Shown piece after piece: positions 37,656 to 46,665 of a stretch of DNA of 64,000 nt. The first letter of the stretch is position 1. The number at the start of each line of letters is the position of its first letter. The notes under the pieces are model-generated. The model saw only the letters and a program-made list of their open reading frames with translations, ran no database searches and was not told the DNA's origin. Source of the DNA: an uncultured Hyphomicrobiales bacterium (lineage in GTDB: Bacteria > Pseudomonadota > Alphaproteobacteria > Rhizobiales > Xanthobacteraceae); NCBI GenBank assembly GCA_903878085.1, contig CAIRGJ010000013.1, positions 17,456 through 81,455 of the forward strand, read 5' to 3'. The position numbers and the translations under genes are program-made.

Positions 37656-39169
37656 GCCCGCCCGCCACCCTCGTTTGGCTGGCGAGCCACGAATTGCGCC
37701 TGAGCTGGCGCGACTGGCTGTCGCTGATGACGGCGGGACGCCGCCATCGCGCTCGCACCGCCACCATCGCGCTGATCGTGTTTGCGGCCTTCATGCATCT
37801 ATTGGCCTGGTCGATGGTCGGCCCTTACGCCAAGGCCGCCACCGACAAGGCGACGCTGGTGGTGATGACGGGTTGCTTGCTGCTGTCGTGGTCGCTGCTG
37901 CTATCGCAGGCGATGGAATCGGTGACGCGCGCCTTCTATACGCGCTCCGATCTCGATCTCATTTTGGCGTCGCCGGCCAGCCCGCGCAAAGTCTTCTCGG
38001 TGCGCATCGGTCGCATCGCCGGCTCGGTGGCCTTGATCGCCATGCTGTTGGCGTCGCCGTTCATCAATGTGCTGGCTTTCATAGGTGGCGCCCGCTGGCT
38101 CGCCGCCTATGGCGTCGTCGCGGCGATGGGCGCGGTGGCGGCGGCCTTTGCGGTGGCGCTGACGGTCGCGCTGTTCCGCTTGATCGGCCCCAAGCGGACC
38201 CGTTTGATCGCCCAGATCGTCGCGGCGGTGATCGGTGCGGCCTTCGTCATCGGCCTGCAGATCGCGGCGATTTTGTCCTATGGCAGCCTGTCGCGTTTCG
38301 CCCCGCTGCAATCCGGATGGCTGATCGCGCGTGCGCCCGGCGTCGATAGCTTCGTGTGGTGGCCGGCCCGCGCGGTGCTGGGCGATGCCGGGGCGCTGGT
38401 CGTGGTGGCGGCGATGAGCCTCGCCATCCTCGGCCTTGCGATTGCGGCTTTCTCCGTCCGTTTCGGCGAACATGCCACGGCTGCCGCCGGCGTTTCGAGC
38501 ACCGTGGTCCGGCAGCGGCGCTCGGCCGGTTTCCGCCGCCGGTCGCCCGGCGGCGTGCTGCGGCACAAGGAATGGACGCTGCTGATCCGCGACCCCTGGC
38601 TGGTGTCGCAGACGCTGATGCAAATTCTCTATCTGCTGCCGCCGGCGCTGATGCTGTGGCTCAGCTTCCGTGAAAGCGGCGCGGCATTGGCCGTCGTGGT
38701 GCCGGTAGTGGTGATGGCAGCCGGTCAATTGGCGGGCGGCCTGGCCTGGCTGTCGATCTCGGGCGAAGACGCGCCGGACCTGGTCGCAACCGCGCCGATT
38801 ACCGCCCGCCGTGTCATCTGGGCGAAAGTCGAGGCGGTCATCGGCAGCATTGCTTTTGTGTTTGCGCCGCTGGTCGCCGCACTGGCCTTCGCGTCGCCCA
38901 TCGCGGCGGGGGTGTGCGGCTTGGGCGTGCTGATTGCGGCGGCATCGGCCACGCATATCCAGCTATGCTTCCGCGTTCAGGCCAAGCGCAGCCAGTTTCG
39001 CCGCCGGCAGACGTCGTCGCGCGTCGCGACTTTCGCCGAAGCGTTTTCGTCGATCGGCTGGGCGGGTGCCTCGGCGCTGGCCGCCGGCGGCAGTTGGCTG
39101 GCGTTGTTGCCGGCCTTGATCGCGCTCGGCGTTCTCACCGGCGTGCGCGTAATAGCCCCGCGCTCCTAA
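37652..39169 (+). CDS. ABC exporter permease of unknown substrate
   Basis: Multi-TM with two repeated halves (HELRLSWRD / HKEWTLLIRD); GTGA overlap with the ATPase. Confidence 0.8.
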   Translation: MSPPATLVWLASHELRLSWRDWLSLMTAGRRHRARTATIALIVFAAFMHLLAWSMVGPYAKAATDKATLVVMTGCLLLSWSLLLSQAMESVTRAFYTRSDLDLILASPASPRKVFSVRIGRIAGSVALIAMLLASPFINVLAFIGGARWLAAYGVVAAMGAVAAAFAVALTVALFRLIGPKRTRLIAQIVAAVIGAAFVIGLQIAAILSYGSLSRFAPLQSGWLIARAPGVDSFVWWPARAVLGDAGALVVVAAMSLAILGLAIAAFSVRFGEHATAAAGVSSTVVRQRRSAGFRRRSPGGVLRHKEWTLLIRDPWLVSQTLMQILYLLPPALMLWLSFRESGAALAVVVPVVVMAAGQLAGGLAWLSISGEDAPDLVATAPITARRVIWAKVEAVIGSIAFVFAPLVAALAFASPIAAGVCGLGVLIAAASATHIQLCFRVQAKRSQFRRRQTSSRVATFAEAFSSIGWAGASALAAGGSWLALLPALIALGVLTGVRVIAPRS

Positions 39170-39170
39170 T

Positions 39171-40403
39171 TTAAGCAAATACCGCGCGCGCCCGTGTGCG
39201 CTGGCGCGCCACCAGCCAGCCGACCAGCAGCAGATTGAGAATATTGGTGCCGATGCCGAAGGCGAAGGCTGGCGCGTAATAGCCGAAATGATCGTAGAGC
39301 AATCCGGCCAGCCAGCCGCCGCTCGCCATGCCAAGCCCGCTGAACAGCAGCAGCGTCGGGATGCGCCAGGACGCTTCCGACGCCGGAAACAAGTCGCGTA
39401 GCGCCAGCACGTAAGCCGGGATGATGCCCGAGAATCCGAGACCGAACGCGGCGGAGACCGTGAACAGCCCGACCTCGTTCTGCGTGAACAGGAACGCCAT
39501 CATCGCCGCCGCCTGCCACGCCGACCCGATCAGCACCGTCGACAGGCCGCCGATCTTGTCGGAGATGGCGCCCCAGATCTGCCGGCTCAGGAACGCTGTG
39601 CCGAGCAGCACCGACAGCATCAGCGCGCCGACGGCGCGGCTGATGCCGAGATCGCTGCAAAACGCCACCAGGTGGCCCTGCGGCATCGCCATCGGAATGC
39701 AGCACAACACCGCGGCGCAGCACATCATCGCGAACACGACATTTGGCGGCAGCCCGAGCACGCGCGCTTTGACCACGACGCCGTCCGCCGTCACAGGCGG
39801 ATGAATAATAACTTCCGGCGGATGGCGAAAATAGATAAGCGCCAGCGGCACGATCACGACGATCTCGGCGATGGCGTACCACAGCATCGCCTGCCGCCAG
39901 CCGAAGCTGGCGATGACACGCTCGAACATCGGCGGCCAGATCGCGCCGGCGAGATAGCTGCCGCTCGAGATCAGCGCCAGCGCCGAGCCGCGGCGGCGGT
40001 CGAACCAGCGGCTGACGTAAATGTAGAGCGGCGCATTGATGCCGGCGAGGCCGATCAGGCCGATGAACAGCCCGTGACCGATCCACAGCGGCCACGGTGG
40101 TCCCAAGGTCGAGACCGCCAGGCCGACGCCGATCATCAGCGCGCCGCAGATCACGGTCCAGCGTGTGCCGATGCGGTCGGCGATGCGGCCCATCATGATG
40201 CCGCCGATGCCGGAACCGAGCCAGGCCAGCGCGCGGGCCAGCGCCGGGATCGAGCGGATGCCGTCGACTTCTGCGGCGATGTCTTTGAGCGCCACGGCGG
40301 TGATCCAGGCGGCGCCGAACGCCATCAGCATGACGAACAGCGCCACCATGGCGACGAGCCATGACGCTTTGCTCTCGATCGATGAGGTAGGAGATTGCAA
40401 CAT
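39171..40403 (-). CDS. MFS transporter
   Basis: GRIADRIGTR and GAISDKIG motif-A loops; 12 TMs. Confidence 0.88.
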   Translation of the reverse strand: MLQSPTSSIESKASWLVAMVALFVMLMAFGAAWITAVALKDIAAEVDGIRSIPALARALAWLGSGIGGIMMGRIADRIGTRWTVICGALMIGVGLAVSTLGPPWPLWIGHGLFIGLIGLAGINAPLYIYVSRWFDRRRGSALALISSGSYLAGAIWPPMFERVIASFGWRQAMLWYAIAEIVVIVPLALIYFRHPPEVIIHPPVTADGVVVKARVLGLPPNVVFAMMCCAAVLCCIPMAMPQGHLVAFCSDLGISRAVGALMLSVLLGTAFLSRQIWGAISDKIGGLSTVLIGSAWQAAAMMAFLFTQNEVGLFTVSAAFGLGFSGIIPAYVLALRDLFPASEASWRIPTLLLFSGLGMASGGWLAGLLYDHFGYYAPAFAFGIGTNILNLLLVGWLVARQRTRARAVFA

Positions 40404-40515
40404 GAGAAGGACCCGGCTGGCAGTCTCCTTCTACACACTGCACAATTTTTGACCAGCCACGCGAATGCGGAGCCGCTCTGTCTGCTGCATTGCAAAATGA
40501 AACGGCGCCGGCGCG

Positions 40516-40591
40516 CTAGTGTCCCGATTCCGAAGTTCGCAAGAACTTGCAGCGCCCACTTATGCGAACTTCGGAATCCAAGGGACACTAG
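40516..40591. mobile_element. CTAG-bounded hairpin MITE 1
   Basis: CTAGTGTCCC-GATTCCGAAGTTCGCA..TGCGAACTTCGGAATC-GGGACACTAG. Confidence 0.65.
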
Positions 40592-40604
40592 CAATTATAT
40601 GATT

Positions 40605-40681
40605 CTAGTGCGGCTTTGGATTTGAAGTTCCTCCAAGTGCTTGCCTCCACAATAGGAGGAACTTCAAATCCGCCGCACTAG
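40605..40681. mobile_element. CTAG-bounded hairpin MITE 2
   Basis: CTAGTGCGGC..GGATTTGAAGTTCCTCC..GGAGGAACTTCAAATCC-GCCGCACTAG; its right CTAG is the stop codon of the pcm fusion. Confidence 0.65.
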
Positions 40682-42687
40682 ACGCCGAACGGATAGGTCT
40701 CGAGAAGTCCGAGCAGTTCCTCGGTCTTGATCGGCGTCACCGCCTTGGTCTGGTCGAACCAGATATATTCATCGAACTGCTCCGGCAGCGTCGCCTCGAA
40801 ATAATGGCTGGCGAGTTCGGATTCCGGCCGATAGATCACGCCGATCGCCCGTTCCAGATGCGGTTTGAGCAAGCCGCGCCGATGCGCGCTGGTGGGATCG
40901 CGCAGCGGCAGCATGAACCGCGGCAGGCCGGTGTCGTGGCACAGCTTTTCATAACTGTTTTTCAGCGCCGGCCGCACGGTCTTGATTTCCATCGGATCGC
41001 CCCAGTCGGACGCCGCGGCCACCGTGCCGTGATCGGTGCCGAAGCCGACCGCGTAACAAGCGTTGCCGAATTCCTTGCGGCAGAGCTCGCCGATATTGGT
41101 TTCGCCGCGCGCCGACATCTCCGTCGCCGATGCGTTGCCGATATGGGAATTGTGCGCCCAGACGATGCCTTTGCTGTTCGGGCCATAATGCGCGAGCAGC
41201 GTTTTCAACGTTTCGAACATATGTCCGTCACGCAAGTTCCACGATGCGCGCGAGCCGTAATACATGATGCGGTAGTAACGTTCGGCATTCGCCACCAGGC
41301 GGGCATTCTGCACGGCATCGAGGAAGCGCTCGCCATCGTGGCCGGTATAGGCTTCGCGCTTGCTTTGCAGATCCGTCAACGCGCCGACGACGTCGTCCTC
41401 GCAGATGGGATATTTGCTGTTGAGCGCGGCCCGCCCATAGGTCGCCGGGTCCGACTGCCAGGGCATCAGGCAGCCGTAACGCTCGCGCGCGATCTTGGCG
41501 GCTGCCGGATCGACTTTGTCGAGATAGTCGAGAACGAAGCGAATGGAGTCGTAAAGGCTATAGAGATCGAGGCCGTGGAAGGCGATGCGGTCGTGCGGCT
41601 TGAGGCCGACATTGTGGCTGCGCAGCCAGACCACGAAACTGCGGACGTCGGTATTGCGCCACATCCAGGCCGGGAAACGGGCGAAGGCCATCCATTCCGA
41701 CGGCGCGTATTCGCGATGGCGCACATAATGATCGATGCGCGCGGCGTCCGGCCAGTCGCCTTCGATGGCGATGAAATCGAACCCTTTGTGCCGGATCAAC
41801 TCGCGCGAAATTCGCTCGCGCATTTGATAGAATTCGGAACTGCCATGCGATGCTTCGCCCAGCAGAACGACGCGGGCATCGCCGATGCGCCGCAACAGCG
41901 GCGCCAGATTGGCGGTTTCGATTTCATCGAATGGCTCGGCCGCATCGGCGATCGCCGCGACCAGCGGCTCTTCGTGTAATTTGACGACGCGTTTCGGCGC
42001 GCGCGCCGGTGTTTCGGCTTCCCAGCCTTCCTCGCCCAGCAGCGGTACAAAGCGGACGTCGGCGAGATCTTCGCGCTTGTATTCGTTCGCCGCGATGCGC
42101 GTCACCCGCACCAGTTCCTGTGCGCGGATGTCGCTGCCGACCGGAATCACCAGGCGTCCGCCGATCTTGAGTTGCGCTTGCAGCGACTCTGGAATCTTCG
42201 GACCGCCGGCAGCGACAACGATGGCGTCGTAGGGCGCATGATCGGCCCAGCCGCGCGTGCCGTCGCCGTGCAGGACGTGGACATTGTCGTAACCATGGTC
42301 GGCGAGCGTCGCGGCGGCTTTCTCGGCAAGCTGCCCGATCCGTTCGACGGTGTAGACGTCGCCGGCGATCTCGGCGAGGACGGCGGCCGCATAACCCGAG
42401 CCGGTGCCGATCTCGAGAATCTTTTCGCCGCCTTTGAGCAACAGCGCCTCGGCCATCAGTGCCACGATATAGGGCTGTGAAATCGTCTGCTCTTCGGCGA
42501 TCGGCAGCGGCGAGTCCTCGTAAGCGAATTCCTGCAGGTTGGCGGGCAGAAATTTTTCCCTCGGCACTTTGCGCATGGCGTCGAGCACCAGTTCGGAACG
42601 CACGCCGCGCGCATGAACGTGATGCTTGACCATCTCCCGGCGGAGCTTGGCGAAATCGGGGTTGAGCTTTTTCGGTGCAAGGACCAC
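40678..42687 (-). CDS. pcm: Protein-L-isoaspartate O-methyltransferase fused to an erythromycin-esterase-family domain
   Basis: N-term TISQPY, LEIGTGSGY, APYDAI, FVPL; C-term LLGEASHG, IEGDWPDA, WNLRD, WAHNSH, RAIGVIYRP. Confidence 0.88.
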   Translation of the reverse strand: MVLAPKKLNPDFAKLRREMVKHHVHARGVRSELVLDAMRKVPREKFLPANLQEFAYEDSPLPIAEEQTISQPYIVALMAEALLLKGGEKILEIGTGSGYAAAVLAEIAGDVYTVERIGQLAEKAAATLADHGYDNVHVLHGDGTRGWADHAPYDAIVVAAGGPKIPESLQAQLKIGGRLVIPVGSDIRAQELVRVTRIAANEYKREDLADVRFVPLLGEEGWEAETPARAPKRVVKLHEEPLVAAIADAAEPFDEIETANLAPLLRRIGDARVVLLGEASHGSSEFYQMRERISRELIRHKGFDFIAIEGDWPDAARIDHYVRHREYAPSEWMAFARFPAWMWRNTDVRSFVVWLRSHNVGLKPHDRIAFHGLDLYSLYDSIRFVLDYLDKVDPAAAKIARERYGCLMPWQSDPATYGRAALNSKYPICEDDVVGALTDLQSKREAYTGHDGERFLDAVQNARLVANAERYYRIMYYGSRASWNLRDGHMFETLKTLLAHYGPNSKGIVWAHNSHIGNASATEMSARGETNIGELCRKEFGNACYAVGFGTDHGTVAAASDWGDPMEIKTVRPALKNSYEKLCHDTGLPRFMLPLRDPTSAHRRGLLKPHLERAIGVIYRPESELASHYFEATLPEQFDEYIWFDQTKAVTPIKTEELLGLLETYPFGV

Positions 42688-42722
42688 AGCAGATAAGCTA
42701 CCCAGGCCCGCGCCCGGTTTCG

Positions 42723-42736
42723 TTGATCAGTGTCAA
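42723..42736 (-). promoter_or_regulatory. FixK/FNR-type box
   Basis: TTGATCAGTGTCAA is a full TTGA-N6-TCAA match, ~42 nt above the pcm GTG; TAGCTT lies 7 nt before the GTG. Confidence 0.7.
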
Positions 42737-42979
42737 TGGCTCTAAAACGTGGGCACTAAAACTCCTGGCCCGCCTCTTTTGCTGTTGCAGTGCGCCAAAA
42801 TGCGCAAAACGCCGTCTACGGGAAACTTACTTCTGTCCGGCGCCCCGATTACGAAATTGACCGCAGGGCCTTGAGGTGTCAGCTTTTATTGCCGTTCCTG
42901 CGGCTTTGCGCCGCGCCGCAACAGCCTATATGACTGGGCACGGGTGCAACTTCGAACCTGCCGCGTTGCAAAGGCTCTC

Positions 42980-45900
42980 ATGACGCTTCGACCGGTCAGC
43001 CTCGACGATAAATATGACCTGAACCAGTCGCACGTGCTCGTGACCGGCTATCAGGCGTTGATCCGCGCCTGCCTGATGCAGAAAGAGCGCGACCGTCAGG
43101 CCGGGCTGAACACCGGCGGCTATCTCACCGGCTATCGCGGCTCGCCGCTCGGCGGGCTCGACCAGCAGTTCATGCGCGCCGCCCGCCAGCTCTCGGCCGC
43201 GGACATCAAGTTTCAGCCCGGCATCAACGAAGAACTCGCCGCCACCGCGCTGTGGGGCACCCAGCAGGCGGAATTGCGCGGCGAGGGCAAGTTCGATGGC
43301 GTGTTCGGCATGTGGTACGGCAAAGGCCCGGGCGTCGACCGCTCCGGCGACGTATTCCGCCACGCCAATTTTGCCGGCACCTCGAAGAACGGCGGCGTGC
43401 TGGCGCTGATGGGCGACGACCACACCGCCGAATCGTCGACCACCGCGCATCAGTCCGAATTCCATTTCGTCGACGTGATGATGCCGATCCTCAATCCGGC
43501 CGGCGTCCAGGAGATCATCGACTACGCACTCTACGGTTGGGCGATGTCGCGCTACACCAGCACCTGGTCTGCGCTCAAATGCATGCACGAGACGGTGGAA
43601 TCGACCGGCGTGGTCGACGGCAGCCTGAACCGCGTGCAGCTCGTGACGCCGACCGATTTCGTAATGCCGCCGGGCGGCCTCAACATACGTTTGGGCGATA
43701 CGATCCTAGGTCAGGAAGCGCGCCTGCACGACTTCAAGCGCGACGCCATGCTGGCCTTCGTGCGCGCCAACAAGATCAATCACATCATCACCTCCGGCGG
43801 CCGCGCCCCGAAGATCGGCATCATCACCACCGGCAAGTCCTATCTCGACGTGCGCCAGGCGCTCGACGAACTCGGCATCGACGAGTTGAAATGCAATGAC
43901 CTCGGCATCCGGCTGTTCAAGCTCGGCTGCGTCTGGCCGATCTCGCGCCAGGAATTGCTCGATTTCGCCCAAGGCCTCGAACTCATCATCGTGGTCGAGG
44001 AAAAGCGTTCGCTGATCGAAGTGCAGGTGCGCGAGGAACTTTACGGCACCGCCAATCAGCCGGTCTGCATCGGCAAGAAGGACGAGTTGGGCAACTGGCT
44101 GTTCCCGGTCAAGGGCGCGCTCGATCCCAACGACGTCGCGGTCTGCATCGGCGACCGGCTGCTGCGTTTCGGCGCCAACGAAGAACTCGCCGCCAATGTC
44201 GCGCGGCTGAAAAGCGCGCAGCGCGCGCTCAACGACACGCTCGAGATAGCCCAGCGCATTCCGTATTTCTGCTCCGGCTGTCCGCACAATACCTCGACCC
44301 GCGTGCCGGAAGGCAGCCGCGCCTATGCTGGCATCGGCTGCCATTACATGGCGCAGTGGATGGACCGCGAGACGCTGGGCTACACCCAGATGGGCGGCGA
44401 GGGCGCCAACTGGATCGGCGAGACGCCGTTCTCCCATACCGAGCACGTGTTCCAGAATCTCGGCGACGGCACTTACAATCACTCCGGAAACATGGCTATC
44501 CGCGCCGCGATCGCCTCCGGCGTGAAGATGACCTACAAAATCCTGTTCAACGACGCGGTGGCGATGACCGGCGGCCAGGCCAATGACGGCGGGCTCACGG
44601 TCGATCAAATTGCCCGGCAAGTTGCAGCGGAAGGCGCAACCCGCGTCGTCGTCGTCACCGACGAACCGTGGAAATACCCCAAGGACACCGACTGGCCGCG
44701 CGGCCTCACCGTGCATCACCGCGAAGAGCTCGACGCCATCCAGCGCGAGATGACCAAGGTGCCGGGCACGAGCGTGCTGATTTACGACCAGACCTGCGCC
44801 GCTGAAAAGCGTCGCCGCCGCAAGCGCGGCACGTTCCCCGATCCGAACAAGCGCGTCGTCATCAACGATCTGGTCTGCGAAGGTTGCGGCGATTGCGGCG
44901 TGAAATCGAACTGCGTCTCGGTGCAGCCGCTGGCGACTGAATGGGGCCGCAAGCGCACCATCGATCAGTCGAGCTGCAACAAGGATTTTTCCTGCATCAA
45001 CGGTTTCTGCCCGTCCTTCGTCACCGTGCACGGTGCCCAGTTGAAGAAAGGCGAGAGCGTCGCGGCGCCGAGCGACTGGCCTGAGTTGCCGGCGCCCAGC
45101 GTGCCGCTGATCAATCACCCCTACAGCATCATCGTCACCGGCATCGGCGGCACCGGCATCGTCACCATCGGCGCCATTGTCGGCATGGCGGCGCACCTTG
45201 AAGGCAAGGGCGTCGGCGTCATCGATATGGCGGGCCTCGCGCAGAAGGGCGGCGCGGTCTACAGCCACATCCGCATCGCCAATACGCCCGACGATATTCA
45301 CGCCATTCGCGTCGCCGCGGCCGGCGCCGATCTGGTGCTCGGCGGCGACATCGTCGTCGTTGGCAACAAGAAGGTGCTCGGCGCCATCAAGCCCGGCACC
45401 AGCCGCGTCATCGTCAACACTGCGGAATTCCTACCCGGCGATTTTGCCCGTAACGCCGACTACTCGCTGCCGACCGAGAGGCTCAAGCGCGCCATCGTCA
45501 ATGCCGCCGGCGCCGGCCGCAGCAATTTCGTCGATGCCAGCCGCCTGGCGACGGCGCTGCTCGGCAATTCGATCGGCGGCAACATGTTCATGCTCGGCTA
45601 CGCTTATCAGGTCGGCGCGCTGCCGCTGTCGGCGGAAGCGGTCGAGAAGGCCATCGAGATGAACGGCGAGGCGGTGGCGATGAACGTCGCGGCGTTCCGC
45701 TATGGCCGTCGCGCCGCGATCGATCCGGCCGCGCTTGAGGCGCTGATCGCGCCGCGCCCGCAGGAGGAAAACGACTCGCTGCGGCTATCGCAGTCTTTCG
45801 CCGAGACGGTCGACCGCCGCGTCGCGTTCCTCACCGCCTATCAGAGCAAGCGCTATGCGCGGCGCTATCGCGGCTGGGTCGAGAAGGTGCAGGCCGCGGA

Positions 45901-46459
45901 AGCCGAGCGCACGCCCGGCCAATCCGGATTGTCGGAAGCGGTGGCGCGCTATCTGTTCAAGCTGATGGCCTACAAGGACGAATACGAGGTGGCGCGGCTT
46001 TATACCGACACCTCGTTCGTCGCGCGCGTGAAGTCGACCTTTGCCGGCGACAACCTGCGTTTTGAATTCCATATGGCGCCACCGCTGCTGGCCAAGCGCG
46101 ATCCCAATACCGGCGAGCCGAAGAAAATGTCGTTTGGGCCGTGGATGCTCAGAGCCTTCGGCGTGCTGGCCAAGTTCAAGTTCCTGCGCGGCACGCCGCT
46201 CGATCCGTTCGGCTACACCGCCGAGCGCCGCATGGAGCGCAAACTGGTTGCCGATTATCTGGACCTGCTCGCGACCATCATTGCGGAGCTGACGACGGCC
46301 AATCACCACACCGCGGTGGCGCTGGCCTCGATCCCAGAGAAGATCCGCGGCTTCGGACCCGTCAAGCAGCGCCATCTGGTTGCCGCCAAGGCGGAAGAGA
46401 CCGCCTTGCGCGAGCAATTCGCCAATGCGTCCGCGGCGTTTCTCAAGGCGGCGGAATAA
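42980..46459 (+). CDS. Indolepyruvate ferredoxin oxidoreductase family protein (single chain)
   Basis: TGYRGSPLG, GINEELAAT, FCSGCPHN, CEGCGDC, CINGFCPSF, GIGGTG. Confidence 0.92.
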   Translation: MTLRPVSLDDKYDLNQSHVLVTGYQALIRACLMQKERDRQAGLNTGGYLTGYRGSPLGGLDQQFMRAARQLSAADIKFQPGINEELAATALWGTQQAELRGEGKFDGVFGMWYGKGPGVDRSGDVFRHANFAGTSKNGGVLALMGDDHTAESSTTAHQSEFHFVDVMMPILNPAGVQEIIDYALYGWAMSRYTSTWSALKCMHETVESTGVVDGSLNRVQLVTPTDFVMPPGGLNIRLGDTILGQEARLHDFKRDAMLAFVRANKINHIITSGGRAPKIGIITTGKSYLDVRQALDELGIDELKCNDLGIRLFKLGCVWPISRQELLDFAQGLELIIVVEEKRSLIEVQVREELYGTANQPVCIGKKDELGNWLFPVKGALDPNDVAVCIGDRLLRFGANEELAANVARLKSAQRALNDTLEIAQRIPYFCSGCPHNTSTRVPEGSRAYAGIGCHYMAQWMDRETLGYTQMGGEGANWIGETPFSHTEHVFQNLGDGTYNHSGNMAIRAAIASGVKMTYKILFNDAVAMTGGQANDGGLTVDQIARQVAAEGATRVVVVTDEPWKYPKDTDWPRGLTVHHREELDAIQREMTKVPGTSVLIYDQTCAAEKRRRRKRGTFPDPNKRVVINDLVCEGCGDCGVKSNCVSVQPLATEWGRKRTIDQSSCNKDFSCINGFCPSFVTVHGAQLKKGESVAAPSDWPELPAPSVPLINHPYSIIVTGIGGTGIVTIGAIVGMAAHLEGKGVGVIDMAGLAQKGGAVYSHIRIANTPDDIHAIRVAAAGADLVLGGDIVVVGNKKVLGAIKPGTSRVIVNTAEFLPGDFARNADYSLPTERLKRAIVNAAGAGRSNFVDASRLATALLGNSIGGNMFMLGYAYQVGALPLSAEAVEKAIEMNGEAVAMNVAAFRYGRRAAIDPAALEALIAPRPQEENDSLRLSQSFAETVDRRVAFLTAYQSKRYARRYRGWVEKVQAAEAERTPGQSGLSEAVARYLFKLMAYKDEYEVARLYTDTSFVARVKSTFAGDNLRFEFHMAPPLLAKRDPNTGEPKKMSFGPWMLRAFGVLAKFKFLRGTPLDPFGYTAERRMERKLVADYLDLLATIIAELTTANHHTAVALASIPEKIRGFGPVKQRHLVAAKAEETALREQFANASAAFLKAAE

Positions 46460-46665
46460 ATTTCCCGGCATTCCGGGGTCGCAGGCTGATGGGTGCGCCC
46501 TGGAATGACACACCGTATGCGACCAAATACCAGTCCGCTAAAGCTTGACCCGCCCTGATCCGTGTTTTCATATCGAGATAACGCGATACAAGACCGCCCG
46601 CAGAGGCGGCGAGGGCTGCGTCCGCCATGTGCCTGGGCGCCGCGGCCAAAGGGGAGGATCAGGCT

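Noticed and set aside
40678-41900. Macrolide resistance gene (ereA/ereB)
   Set aside because: The domain is fused to Pcm in a chromosomal housekeeping context; family membership does not establish resistance
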